In this document: positions 9,569 through 19,552 of the stretch, piece by piece | Numbering within the stretch: the stretch's first letter is position 1 | Layout of the letters: the number at the start of each line of letters is the position of its first letter | From: an uncultured Alphaproteobacteria bacterium | GTDB taxonomy: Bacteria > Pseudomonadota > Alphaproteobacteria > Rhizobiales > Xanthobacteraceae | NCBI GenBank assembly: GCA_963721005.1 | Contig: CAVRHR010000007.1 | Span: 569,925-593,924, forward strand | Reading direction: 5' to 3' | Length of the DNA: 24,000 nt | Made by a program: the position numbers and the translations under genes | The notes under the pieces: model-generated | The model's input: only the letters and a program-made list of their open reading frames with translations | What the model was told of the DNA's origin: nothing | Databases searched by the model: none

Positions 9569-11364
9569 TTGATCGAAACATCGGTATCGTCGAGACGCAA
9601 GGTCGACGCCGATGCGCCTGACGCGGTCGCGGCGAGCCCCGCGCCGCGCGGCCTGCGCCGGCTGGTGCTGCCGCTGCGCCGCGGCCTGGCAGTTCTCCGT
9701 CCGGCAGAGCTTCTCGAGCCTCACGCGGCGCATCATCTTTCTCAACGTCACCGGGCTGCTCGCGCTGGTCATCGGGATTCTCTACCTCTCCCAGTTTCGC
9801 GCCGGCCTGATCGACGCGCGCGTGCAGAGCCTGCTGGTGCAGGGCGAGATCATCGCCGGCGCCATCGCGGCCTCGGCGACGGTGGATTCCGACACCATCA
9901 CCATCGATCCCGAGCGGCTGCTGGAGCTGGCGCCCGGCGAGAGCTACGATCCCTCGGAGGAATCGCTCTCCGGGCTCGATTTTCCGATCAATCCGGAGCG
10001 GGTCGCGCCGGTGCTGCGCCGCCTGGTGTCGCCCACCAATACGCGCGCCCGCATCTATGACCGCGACGGCGGGCTCATTCTCGACAGCCGCAATCTCTAC
10101 GACGTCCTGCGCTTCGACCTGCCGCCGCCGAGCGCCGGAAATCCCGGATTCTTCGAGCGCGCCTTCGTGGCGGTGCGCACCTGGTTCAACCGCGGCGACC
10201 TGCCGCTCTATCGCGAGCTCGGACCGCAGAACGGCAAGGGCTACGAGGAGGTCGACCACGCGCTCAACGGCTTCAAGTCCAGCATGGTGCGGATCAACGA
10301 GCGCGGCGAGGTGATCGTCTCGGTCGCGTTGCCGGTGCAGCGCTTCCTGGCGGTGCGCGGCGCGCTGATGCTCTCGACCCAGGGCGCCGACATCGACAAC
10401 ATGGTGGCGGCCGAGCGGCTCGGCAATTTCAAGGTGTTCCTGGTGACGCTTGAGCGTCATGCTGGTGCTGTCGTTCCTGCTCGCCGGCACCATCGCGGGG
10501 CCGGTGCGGCGGCTCGCCGGCAGCGCCGAGATGGTGCGGCGGCGCACCGGCTCGCGCGTCGAGATTCCGGACTTCACCGAGCGCCGCGACGAGATCGGCG
10601 CATCTGTCGGGCGCGCTGCGCGACATGACGGACGCGCTCTACAGCCGCATCGAGGCGATCGAGAGCTTCGCCGCCGACGTCGCCCACGAGCTCAAGAACC
10701 CGCTCACCTCGATGCGCTCGGCGGTCGAGACGCTGCCGCTCGCCAAGACCGAGGCCAGCCGCGGCCGCCTGCTGGCGGTGATCGAGCACGACGTGAAGCG
10801 GCTCGACCGCCTGATCTCCGATATCTCGGATGCGAGCCGGCTCGACGCCGAAATGCAGCGGCGGGAGACCGGCGCGGTCGATCTCACGCGAGCTCCTCAC
10901 CACCGTGGTCACCATCGCCAACGAGGTGCGCCACGACGACGGCGTGACGGTGAGCCTGAAGTTCGAGGGCGGCCCGCGCGCGTTCGTGGTGCCGGGCCAC
11001 GATTCCCGCCTCGGCCAGGTGGTCGACAACCTGATCGACAATGCCCGCTCGTTCTCGCCGCCCGGCGGCAGCGTGCGGGTCACCTGCCGGCGGCTCAAGC
11101 AGGAGATCGAGATCGTGGTCGACGACGACGGGCCGGGCGTGCAGCCGGACGCGCTGGAGAAGATCTTCGAGCGCTTCTACACCGACCGGCCGCACCAGGG
11201 CTTCGGGCAGAATTCGGGGCTCGGCCTCTCCATCTCCAAGCAGATCGTCGAGGCCCATGACGGGCGCTTGTGGGTCGAGAACCGCCTCGCTGCCGCCGGC
11301 CCCGACGGCGGCCCGCCCAAGGTGCTCGGGCGCCCGCTTCATCGTGCGCCTGCCGGCCATGTGA
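9569..11364 (+). pseudogene. chvG: Sensor histidine kinase ChvG (BvrS/ExoS orthologue), frame broken about 5 times as given
   Basis: The protein can be followed through five frames. The order is N-terminus and TM1 (FSSLTRRIIFLNVTGLLALVIGILYL), a periplasmic domain, TM2/HAMP (SVMLVLSFLLAGTIAGPVRRLA), the H-box (FAADVAHELKNPLTSMRSA), then the N/G boxes (DNLIDNARSF, DDDGPGV, GLGLSISKQIV), ending GARFIVRLPAM. The +1 shifts lie near 9698, 10449, 10600, 10886 and 11329. The 1796-nt span equals 597 codons plus 5 nt. The start is uncertain: TTG at 9569, or ATG at 9559 with one further shift. Confidence 0.85.
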
Positions 11365-11834
11365 TGGCCGCCGATCCGGCGACCGTGCCCGGCACCACGG
11401 TGCATGCCTCGGCGGTGCTGGCCGGCGCCCGCGCGCTGCTCATTCGCGGGCCGGCCGGTGCCGGCAAGTCGCGGCTGGCGCTGCGGCTCATCGAGGCGGC
11501 GCAATGCGGGCTCCTCGCCTTTCGCCCGCCTGGTCGCCGACGATCGCGTCGAGCTTGAGGCCTGCCACGGGCGGCTGCTGGCGCGCCCGCCGCCGGCGCT
11601 GGCCGGGCTGATCGAGGTGCGCGGGCTCGGCATCCGCCGGCTCGCCCATGAGCCGGTCGCGGTGGTCGGCTGGTGGTCGATCTCGCGGCCCCGACGCCGA
11701 ACGGCTGCCGGACGAGGCCGAGCGGGAGGTCGTCGGTCGCCGGTATCAGTTTACCGGTGCTGGCCATCGGGCCCGGCCGCGACCCGCTGCCGGCCGTGTT
11801 GGCGCGCCTCTTGACCGCGCCCGCAGAAGTCTGA
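11364..11834 (+). pseudogene. hprK: Short-form HPr kinase/phosphorylase (alphaproteobacterial type lacking the N-terminal domain), frame broken about 4 times as given
   Basis: The ATG overlaps the chvG stop (ATGTGATG). Walker A motif LIRGPAGAGKS. Later segments read LIEVRGLGIRRL and VAGISLPVLAIGPGRDPLPAVLARLL. Shifts lie near 11519 (+1), 11671 (-1), 11692 (-1) and 11745 (+1). The 471-nt span equals 157 codons, a net change of zero. Confidence 0.8.
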
Positions 11835-12064
11835 TCAGTGGCCCCGATTGCTGCGCTGCGCCTCCACCCGTGAGGAAATCGGTAACCATAAGACGCTAGG
11901 ATTGCCGGCTGGTAATCTCGCGTTCCATGAAAGTTTGACGCTTCCGCTTACCGCAACGCAACATAATCCCTAAATGAGCGGAAAGGCCCCTTGCGCAGGG
12001 GCAAAGGATGGTCAAGATGGTGCCCATTCGTGCGGTGCACCGGGAGGCGCCCGCGAGGAATTCA

Positions 12065-12465
12065 ATGATCGGACTAGTTCTCGTTACCCACGGGCGGCTT
12101 GCCGTTGAGTTCCGCTCGGCCTTGGAGCACGTGGTCGGCCCGCAGCGCCAGATCGAGGCGGTCACGATCGGGCCCGACGACGATGTCGAGCAGTGCCGCA
12201 AGGACATCATCGAGGCGGTCAAGCGGGTCGACAGCGGCGAAGGCGTCGCCATCCTCACCGACATGTTCGGCGGCACCCCCTCCAATCTCGCGATCTCGGT
12301 GATGAGCCGCCCAAGGTCGAGGTCCTGGCCGGCATCAATCTGCCGATGCTGGTCAAGCTCGCCAAGGTCCGTGACGAATGCCCGCTCCAGGAGGCCGTCC
12401 ACGCGGCCCAGGAAGCCGGACGCAAATACGTCACCATCGCCAGCCGCGTTCTCAACGGCAAATGA
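12065..12465 (+). pseudogene. manX: PTS EIIA component, mannose/fructose family, one frame break as given
   Basis: MIGLVLVTHGRLAVEF carries the phospho-His context, followed by ...AILTDMFGGTPSNLAISVM. After a -1 shift near 12306 it continues PKVEVLAGINLPMLVKLAKV...RVLNGK. The 401-nt span equals 134 codons minus 1 nt. Confidence 0.8.
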
Positions 12466-12528
12466 GCGATCCCGGCCGCGCTGACGACACCGTCCCGCCA
12501 GATCCGGGAGCCGCCCGCCGGAGCCATC

Positions 12529-12793
12529 GTGCGGGTGCTGGAAATCTGCAACAAGAAGGGCCTGCACGCCCGCGCCTCCGCCAAATTCGTCCAGACGGTC
12601 GAGCGGTTCGACGCCGAGGTGCGGGTCACGCGCGGCGGCGAGACCGTCGGCGGCACCTCGATCATGGGGCTGATGATGCTGGCGGCCGGTCCCGGCACCA
12701 GCATCACGGTCGAGGCGACCGGAGCCGGAGGCGGCCGAGGTGGTCGAAGCCCTGGCCCAGCTGGTGGCCGGCCGGTTCACCGAAGGCGAGTGA
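12529..12793 (+). pseudogene. ptsH: HPr/NPr-family phosphocarrier protein, one frame break as given
   Basis: ICNKKGLHARASAKFVQ contains the His-15 site and GGTSIMGLMMLAAGPG contains the Ser-46 region. After a +1 shift near 12728 the natural C-terminus follows (EAAEVVEALAQLVAGRFTEGE, stop 12791-12793). The start shown is GTG 12529. An alternative ATG at 12462 overlaps the manX stop and would need one more shift. Confidence 0.85.
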
Positions 12794-12838
12794 AGTCGGC
12801 CCGGCAGCCACGGCTTGCGCTGAAATTTCAAATCAGAC

Positions 12839-12854
12839 ATAAAGAAATCTTTAT
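12839..12854. promoter_or_regulatory. Candidate operator palindrome ATAAAGA-AA-TCTTTAT upstream of ahcY
   Basis: A 7+7 bp inverted repeat sits in the only AT-rich island of the HPr-ahcY spacer, 96 nt upstream of the ahcY ATG. Confidence 0.25.
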
Positions 12855-12949
12855 ATCTTCATTGCGGCGGCCTGGCCGACGCTGCTATAGGCATGCCCCA
12901 CGCAGGCCCGTCATCGGGCCCGGATTTCCGCCAGCCCCAAGGACCATCC

Positions 12950-14376
<1,427 letters not shown>

Positions 14377-14400
14377 GAGACGGGAGCGACCTCTTGCTTA

Positions 14401-14536
14401 CCTCCCCCTGAAAGGGGGAGGTCGGATCGCGAAGCGATCCGGGTGGGGGTCCCGCAACAAACACCGAGACTGCCGCGAGGCGTGACCCCCACCCGACCCG
14501 CTTCGCGGGTTACCCTCCCCCTTTCAGGGGGAGGGG
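14401..14536. repeat. Composite REP/MITE-like palindromic element: two inverted units of about 52 bp around a 32-bp spacer
   Basis: The left unit is cctccccctgaaagggggagg-tcggatcgcgaagcgatcc-gggtgggggtc. The right unit at 14484-14536 is its reverse complement. The outer 21 bp and inner 11 bp are identical between units. The middle hairpin differs by paired changes (ggatcgc/gcgatcc versus acccgc/gcgggt). Confidence 0.7.
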
Positions 14537-16089
14537 ATTCGGTGCCGGCGGCACCGTCAGGATCACGTAGCGCTCCGGCGTGTCCGAAGTGCCGAGATAG
14601 CTGCGCGACAGCTCGACCTCGACGCGCTTGCCGGCGGGGCTGCCCGCCGCGCGCGCGTTCATCTTCTCGACGCACGCGCATCATCTCGAGCCGGACAGAA
14701 CAGCGCGATGCCTTCGCGCGCATCCGCGCCGCGTCGGTCCACGGCGTCAGCGCGGGTTCAAGATCTCCAGCGTGGAGGGCTTTTCCGGAAAATAGAACAG
14801 CGTGCCGTAGAGCAGGTTGTCGTAGCTGCCGATCAGGCGCAGCGGCTCCGTCGGTGGTCTCGCGCCAGGCCTTCTGCACGGCCTGCGCCACCAGCCGGTA
14901 ATGCGTCGCATAGTTGGGCACGCCGCGGCAGATGGATCACGACCGCGATCGCCGGCGACAGCGCCGCCAGCACGATGGGCACCGCGATCGCCAGCCCCAG
15001 GATGCGCCGCAGGTCGGGCCGCGCGATCGTCACCTGCGCGGACGACAACAGCACGACCGGGAACAGCGTCATGCTGCCGATCGACCACAGCGACACGATC
15101 TCCTCCTGGGCCGCGACCGCGGCAGCGATCGGCAGCAGGAGCGGCAAGCAGGAACGCCAGCAGCACCAGGCGCCGCTCGGGCTCGGCGCGGCCACGCGGT
15201 GTCCGCGACCGCGCTCCAGGCCGGGCGCGCCGCCATCACGGCGATCAGCGTGGGAGCCGCCAGATAGCCGGCCGCGCCCGCCACATAGCCCAATCCCGAC
15301 AGCAGCCCGAGCCCAGGCGGTCGCCGCGATGGGACTCCATCGCATAGTCGAATGCCTTGAAGTCGTCGGCATAGAGCCAGGCCAGATGGGGCGCGAGCCC
15401 GGCCACGCCGGCCGCGATCGTCAGCCACGGCGCCGACGAGCGCAGATAGGCGCCGCGCCGCGGATCGGCGAGCGCCGCGATTGCCGAGCCCGAGCAGGAG
15501 AACGATCGACCAGTATTTGCCAAGCATGGCGGCGGCCGCCGCCAGTCCGGCCAGTACCGCGTAGGTCGGGCTGCGCGTCTCAAACGAGCGCAGGAACCAC
15601 CAGGTGGTCAGCGCCCACAGCGGCGTCATCACCGTGTTGGCGTTGAACTTGAGCGCATGAAAATTGTAGAACGGCACCAGGGTCAGCAGCGCGAGGCCGG
15701 CGACCCGCTTCTCGCCGGTGAGATACGGCGCCGACGCCTTCCAGGCGATCCACAGCGCCGCCGTCGCCAGCAGCCATGGCGAACAGATAGTAGGCCCAGT
15801 CCTGCGAGCGGGAACACGCTGAACCAGGCCCGCACCAGCCAGGCCGGCAGCGGCGGATGCTTGGGCGTGCCGAGCGTCACCTCGCGCGACCAGGCGATCA
15901 TCTCGCCCATGTCGAAATGGATGTCCTGGCTGCTCTTGGCGATCGCGCCGTAGAGCGACCAGATCGCCGCATAGGCGGCGAGCAGCGCCAGCACCGTGCG
16001 CTCCCGGCGGCCGGATCGAGGAGCGAATCGAGCAGGCGCTCGAGGAACCGGCGTCGTGCGAGGCCGCCGGCGGCGCTTACGTCCGACAT
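14510..16089 (-). pseudogene. Glycosyltransferase family 39 (ArnT/PMT-like) polytopic membrane protein, frame broken about 12 times as given
   Basis: Reconstructed across minus-strand ORF fragments. Recognisable segments include MSDVSAAGGLARRRFLERLLDSLLD, LALLAAYAAIWSLYGAIAKSSQDIHFDMGEMIAWSREVTLGTPKHPPLPAWLVRAWFSVFP, VPFYNFHALKFNANTVMTPLWALTTWWFLRSFE, APHLAWLYADDFKAFDYAMESH, IVSLWSIGSMTLFPVVLL, PNYATHYRLVAQAVQKAWRETTD, EPLRLIGSYDNLLYGTLFYFPEKP and TPWTDAARM. Shifts lie near 16005, 15815, 15775, 15485, 15325, 15195, 15150, 14930, 14865, 14750, 14712 and 14665. The 1580-nt span equals 526 codons plus 2 nt. Confidence 0.65.
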
Positions 16090-16256
16090 CGACCTTGCCT
16101 CTTTGGCTGGCGCCCAGGTTCCGCTGACAAAGCCGGCGGCTCTATGGCACGCGGTGCCGGGAGGTCCAGGATCGCGGCCGCCATTGCTTTGCCGCAACCG
16201 CGCGCGATGGTAAGCCTTGCTGGGGTGGGGATTCGGGAGCCGCCCAGGAGCCGCCC

Positions 16257-17049
16257 ATGTGCCGCTGGATCGCCTATCGCGGGGATACCGTCCCGCTCGA
16301 GCAATACGTGACCGCGCCGGCACATTCGCTGGTGGTGCAGAGCGTGCGGGCGCTGGAATCGACCGCCAGCACCAATGGGGACGGTTTCGGGCTGGGCTGG
16401 TACGGGGCGCACGCGGAGCCCGGCCTCTACCGCGAGGTGCGGCCGGCCTGGTCGGACGAGAACCTGCGGTATTTGTGCCGCCACATCCACTCGCACCTCT
16501 ATTTCGCCCATGTGCGCGCCTCGACCGGCACGCCGATCACCCGGCCGAACTGCCATCCGTTCGCCTGCGGCCGCTGGCTGTTCATGCACAACGGCGTGGT
16601 CGGCAACTGGAGCCGGATGCGCCGGATGACCGAGGCCCTGATCCCGGACGATTTCTACGGCTCGCGGGTCGGCACCACCGATTCGGAAGCGGTGTTTCTC
16701 GCCATCCTGGGAGCCGGGGGCGACAAGGACCCGATCGGCGCCACCGCCCGGGTGCTGGCGACCCTGACCGACATGGCGAGCGTGGGCGCCACCAAGGAGC
16801 CGCTGCGGTTCACGGCCGCGCTCGCCAACGGCCGCGACCTCTACGCCTTCCGGTATTCGGCCAATGACAGCGCCAATTCGCTCTATTATCCGGGAATCCG
16901 GCGGCAATGTCGTGGTGGTGTCGGAGCCGCTCGATGCCGAGCGCGCCCATTGGACCCCGGTTCCGCCCGGCCACGTGCTGCTGGCGCCTGCCGGCAAGCC
17001 GGTTTCGCTCGAGCCGTTCCTGGCCGCAAGCGCCATCGCGGCGGAGTGA
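16257..17049 (+). pseudogene. Class II (Ntn-type) glutamine amidotransferase, YafJ/EgtC-like, one frame break as given
   Basis: The N-terminal MCRWIAY supplies the Cys-2 nucleophile. Other family motifs are [10 protein letters not shown] and HVRASTG...NCHPF...FMHNG. After a +1 shift near 16889 the natural C-terminus [14 protein letters not shown]...AIAAE ends at 17049. The 793-nt span equals 264 codons plus 1 nt. Confidence 0.75.
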
Positions 17050-17096
17050 TCGCGCGCGCCTTGCCGCTCCGGGGCCTGGATGCTACTCCGCGCCTC

Positions 17097-18902
17097 ATGA
17101 CCGCGGCCCCCATAGACAATATTCGCAATTTCTCGATCGTCGCCCATATCGACCACGGCAAGTCGACGCTCGCCGACCGCCTGATCCAGATCACCGGCGG
17201 GCTCGCCGACCGCGACATGGTCGAGCAGGTGCTCGATTCCATGGACATCGAGCGCGAGCGCGGCATCACCATCAAGGCGCAGACCGTGCGGCTCAATTAC
17301 CGGGCGCGCGACGGCAAGGACTATGTGCTCAACCTGATCGACACGCCCGGCCACGTGGACTTCGCCTACGAGGTCAACCGGTCGCTCGCCGCCTGCGAAG
17401 GCTCGCTCCTGGTGGTGGACGCCTCCCAGGGCGTGGAGGCGCAGACGCTGGCCAATGTCTACCAGGCGATCGACAACGGCCACGAGATCGTGCCGGTGCT
17501 CAACAAGGTCGACCTGCCGGCGAGCGAGCCCGACAAGGTCAGACAGCAGATCGAGGACGTGATCGGGATCGACGCGTCGAACGCCATCCTGATCTCGGCC
17601 AAGACCGGGCAGAACGTGCCGGAGGTGCTGGAGGCGATCGTCCACCGCCTGCCGGCCCCCAAGGGCGACCGCGATGCGCCCCTGAAGGCGCTCCTGGTCG
17701 ACAGCTGGTACGACACTTATCTCGGCGTCGTGGTGCTGGTGCGGGTGGTCGACGGCACGCTGCGCAAGCACCAGCGCATCCGCATGATGCGCACCAACGC
17801 AGCCTACGAGGTCGAGCGTGTCGGCGTGTTCACGCCGAAGATCAAGGAGACCGAGGATCTCGGGCCGGGCGAGATCGGCTTCATCAACGCCTCGATCAAG
17901 GAGGTGGCCGACACCAGGGTCGGCGACACCATCACGGACGACCGCAAGCCGACCGCGGTGCCGCTGCCGGGCTTCCGGCCGACCCAGCCGGTGGTGTTCT
18001 GCGGCCTGTTCCCGGTCGACGCCGCCGAGTTCGAGGACCTGCGCGCGGCCATCGCCAAGCTGCGCCTCAACGACGCCAGCTTCACCTACGAGATGGAGAC
18101 CTCGGCGGCGCTCGGCTTCGGCTTCCGCTGCGGCTTTCTCGGCCTGCTGCATCTGGAGATCATCCAGGAGCGGCTGGCGCGCGAGTTCAATCTCGACCTG
18201 ATCGCGACCGCGCCTTCGGTCATCTACAAGATCCTGCTCAACAGCGGCGAGGAGATGGAGATCCACAATCCGGTCGACATGCCGGATCCGATGCGCATCC
18301 GCGAGATCAAGGAGCCGTGGATCCAGGCCACCATCCTGACGCCGGACGAATATCTGGGCTCGATCCTCAAGCTCTGCCAGGAGCGCCGCGGCTCGCAGGT
18401 CGATCTCAACTACGTGGGCAACCGCGCCATGGTCAAATACGACCTGCCGCTCAACGAGGTGGTGTTCGATTTCTACGACCGGCTCAAGTCGGTGTCGAAG
18501 GGCTATGCGTCGTTCGACTACCACATCTCCGACTACCGGGCGGCCGACCTGGTGAAGCTGCAGATCCTGGTCAATGCCGAGCCGGTCGACGCGCTCTCGA
18601 TGCTGGTGCACCGCGCCCGCGCCGACTACCGCGGCCGCGGCATGGTGGAGAAGCTCAAGGAGCTGATCCCGCCGCACATGTTCCAGATCCCGATCCAGGC
18701 CGCGATCGGCGGCAAGGTGATCGCGCGCGAGACCGTGCGCGCCTTCCGCAAGGACGTCACCGCCAAATGCTACGGCGGCGACGTGACCCGCAAGCGCAAG
18801 CTCTTGGAGAAGCAGAAGGAAGGCAAGAAGCGCATGCGCCAGTTCGGCAAGGTCGACATCCCTCAGGAAGCGTTCATCGCGGCCCTGAAGGTGGATGTCT
18901 GA
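17097..18902 (+). CDS. lepA: Translation elongation factor 4 (LepA)
   Basis: Intact frame of 602 codons. G-domain motifs [23 protein letters not shown] and NKVDLP. Characteristic LepA C-terminus [37 protein letters not shown]. Confidence 0.97.
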   Translation: MTAAPIDNIRNFSIVAHIDHGKSTLADRLIQITGGLADRDMVEQVLDSMDIERERGITIKAQTVRLNYRARDGKDYVLNLIDTPGHVDFAYEVNRSLAACEGSLLVVDASQGVEAQTLANVYQAIDNGHEIVPVLNKVDLPASEPDKVRQQIEDVIGIDASNAILISAKTGQNVPEVLEAIVHRLPAPKGDRDAPLKALLVDSWYDTYLGVVVLVRVVDGTLRKHQRIRMMRTNAAYEVERVGVFTPKIKETEDLGPGEIGFINASIKEVADTRVGDTITDDRKPTAVPLPGFRPTQPVVFCGLFPVDAAEFEDLRAAIAKLRLNDASFTYEMETSAALGFGFRCGFLGLLHLEIIQERLAREFNLDLIATAPSVIYKILLNSGEEMEIHNPVDMPDPMRIREIKEPWIQATILTPDEYLGSILKLCQERRGSQVDLNYVGNRAMVKYDLPLNEVVFDFYDRLKSVSKGYASFDYHISDYRAADLVKLQILVNAEPVDALSMLVHRARADYRGRGMVEKLKELIPPHMFQIPIQAAIGGKVIARETVRAFRKDVTAKCYGGDVTRKRKLLEKQKEGKKRMRQFGKVDIPQEAFIAALKVDV

Positions 18903-19440
18903 GGCGGGCCATCAGCGCCGGTAGCGCCGCCACCACCTCCACCTCGAGCAGCGCGCCCTCGCGGGTGAGCGCCGACACCTGAACGGTGGTGCTGGCCGGC
19001 GGCGCGTTCTTGTTGACGTATTGCTGCTTCACCTCGGACCAGATCGGCTGGTGCTTGCGCAGATCCAGCATGTAGACGTTGACCTTGATCACGTTGTCGA
19101 AGGTGGCCCCGACCGCCGCCAGCGCCGCCTTGATGTTCTCCAAGAGCTGGATCGACTGCGCCCTGATGTCGGCGGGAAGATCGCCCTTGCGGTCGCGGCC
19201 CTGCTCGCCCGATGTGTAGATCAGCCGGCCCGGCCCGACGACCTCCACCACATGGGTGTAGGTGGCGGTCTGGTAGATCGCGTCGGGCTGGACGAAACGC
19301 ACGCCCGGCTTGCCGCCGCCGGTTTGCGCCGCGGCGGCGGAGACGAGCCCCGCGCTCGCCGCCGCCGAGACCGCACTGGTCATGACCGATCGGCGCGAGA
19401 GCGCCGCGTCCTTCGAACCCTTGCTTTGCTTTATGCTCAT
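18874..19440 (-). CDS. RidA-family protein with a Tat-type signal peptide (predicted exported paralogue)
   Basis: The start at 19440 has GGAGGA 4-5 nt upstream. The N-terminus [39 protein letters not shown] contains an SRR twin-arginine motif plus an Ala-rich h-region. The RidA core follows ([22 protein letters not shown] ... [21 protein letters not shown]). Confidence 0.8.
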   Translation of the reverse strand: MSIKQSKGSKDAALSRRSVMTSAVSAAASAGLVSAAAAQTGGGKPGVRFVQPDAIYQTATYTHVVEVVGPGRLIYTSGEQGRDRKGDLPADIRAQSIQLLENIKAALAAVGATFDNVIKVNVYMLDLRKHQPIWSEVKQQYVNKNAPPASTTVQVSALTREGALLEVEVVAALPALMARLRHPPSGPR

Positions 19441-19507
19441 GGCTTCCTCCAAGCGCTTGCCGCGATCCGCATGCTACACAAGAGCGAGGGCCGGCGCGAC
19501 TGCCGGT

Positions 19508-19546
19508 GAAAGGTGCGGCGAAAGGTGCGGTGAATGTGCGGCGAAG
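19508..19546. repeat. Short tandem repeat, three units of 11-12 bp plus a partial fourth, directly upstream of the DUF488 start
   Basis: The sequence reads gaaaggtgcggc / gaaaggtgcggt / gaatgtgcggc / gaag and ends 7 nt before the ATG at 19553. It lies in the divergent spacer shared with the exported RidA gene. Confidence 0.5.
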
Positions 19547-19552
19547 ACCTCG

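Noticed and set aside
9612-10628. ATG at 9612 as the chvG start
   Set aside because: It gives an implausible Cys/Trp/Arg-rich N-terminus (RRAACAGWCCRCAAAWQ). The adjacent frame reads a natural-looking cytoplasmic N-terminus (VDADAPDAVAASPAPRGLRRLVLPLRRGLAVLR) that joins FSSLTRRI after a +1 shift near 9698.
12794-12949. Possible SAH riboswitch in the ahcY leader
   Set aside because: GACGCTGC...GCAGGCCCG loosely resembles the conserved GAGCGCUGC...CAGGCUCG core, and there is a GGCCCG-TCAT-CGGGCC hairpin. However, no downstream segment complementary to the 5' strand (GCGTC-type P1 closing) exists before the ATG, so the pseudoknotted fold cannot form. An Rfam covariance-model scan would settle it.
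16077-18677. 866-aa ORF on the minus strand, the second-longest ORF in the window
   Set aside because: It is exactly antisense to lepA and the amidotransferase. Its translation is Arg/Ala/Gly/Asp-rich low-information sequence with no recognisable motif. Long stop-free antisense frames are expected at this GC content. The same applies to 2442..3578(+), 3658..4962(-), 5758..6765(+), 7486..8463(+), 8630..9772(-), 9555..10577(-), 11896..12840(-) and 18863..20017(-).
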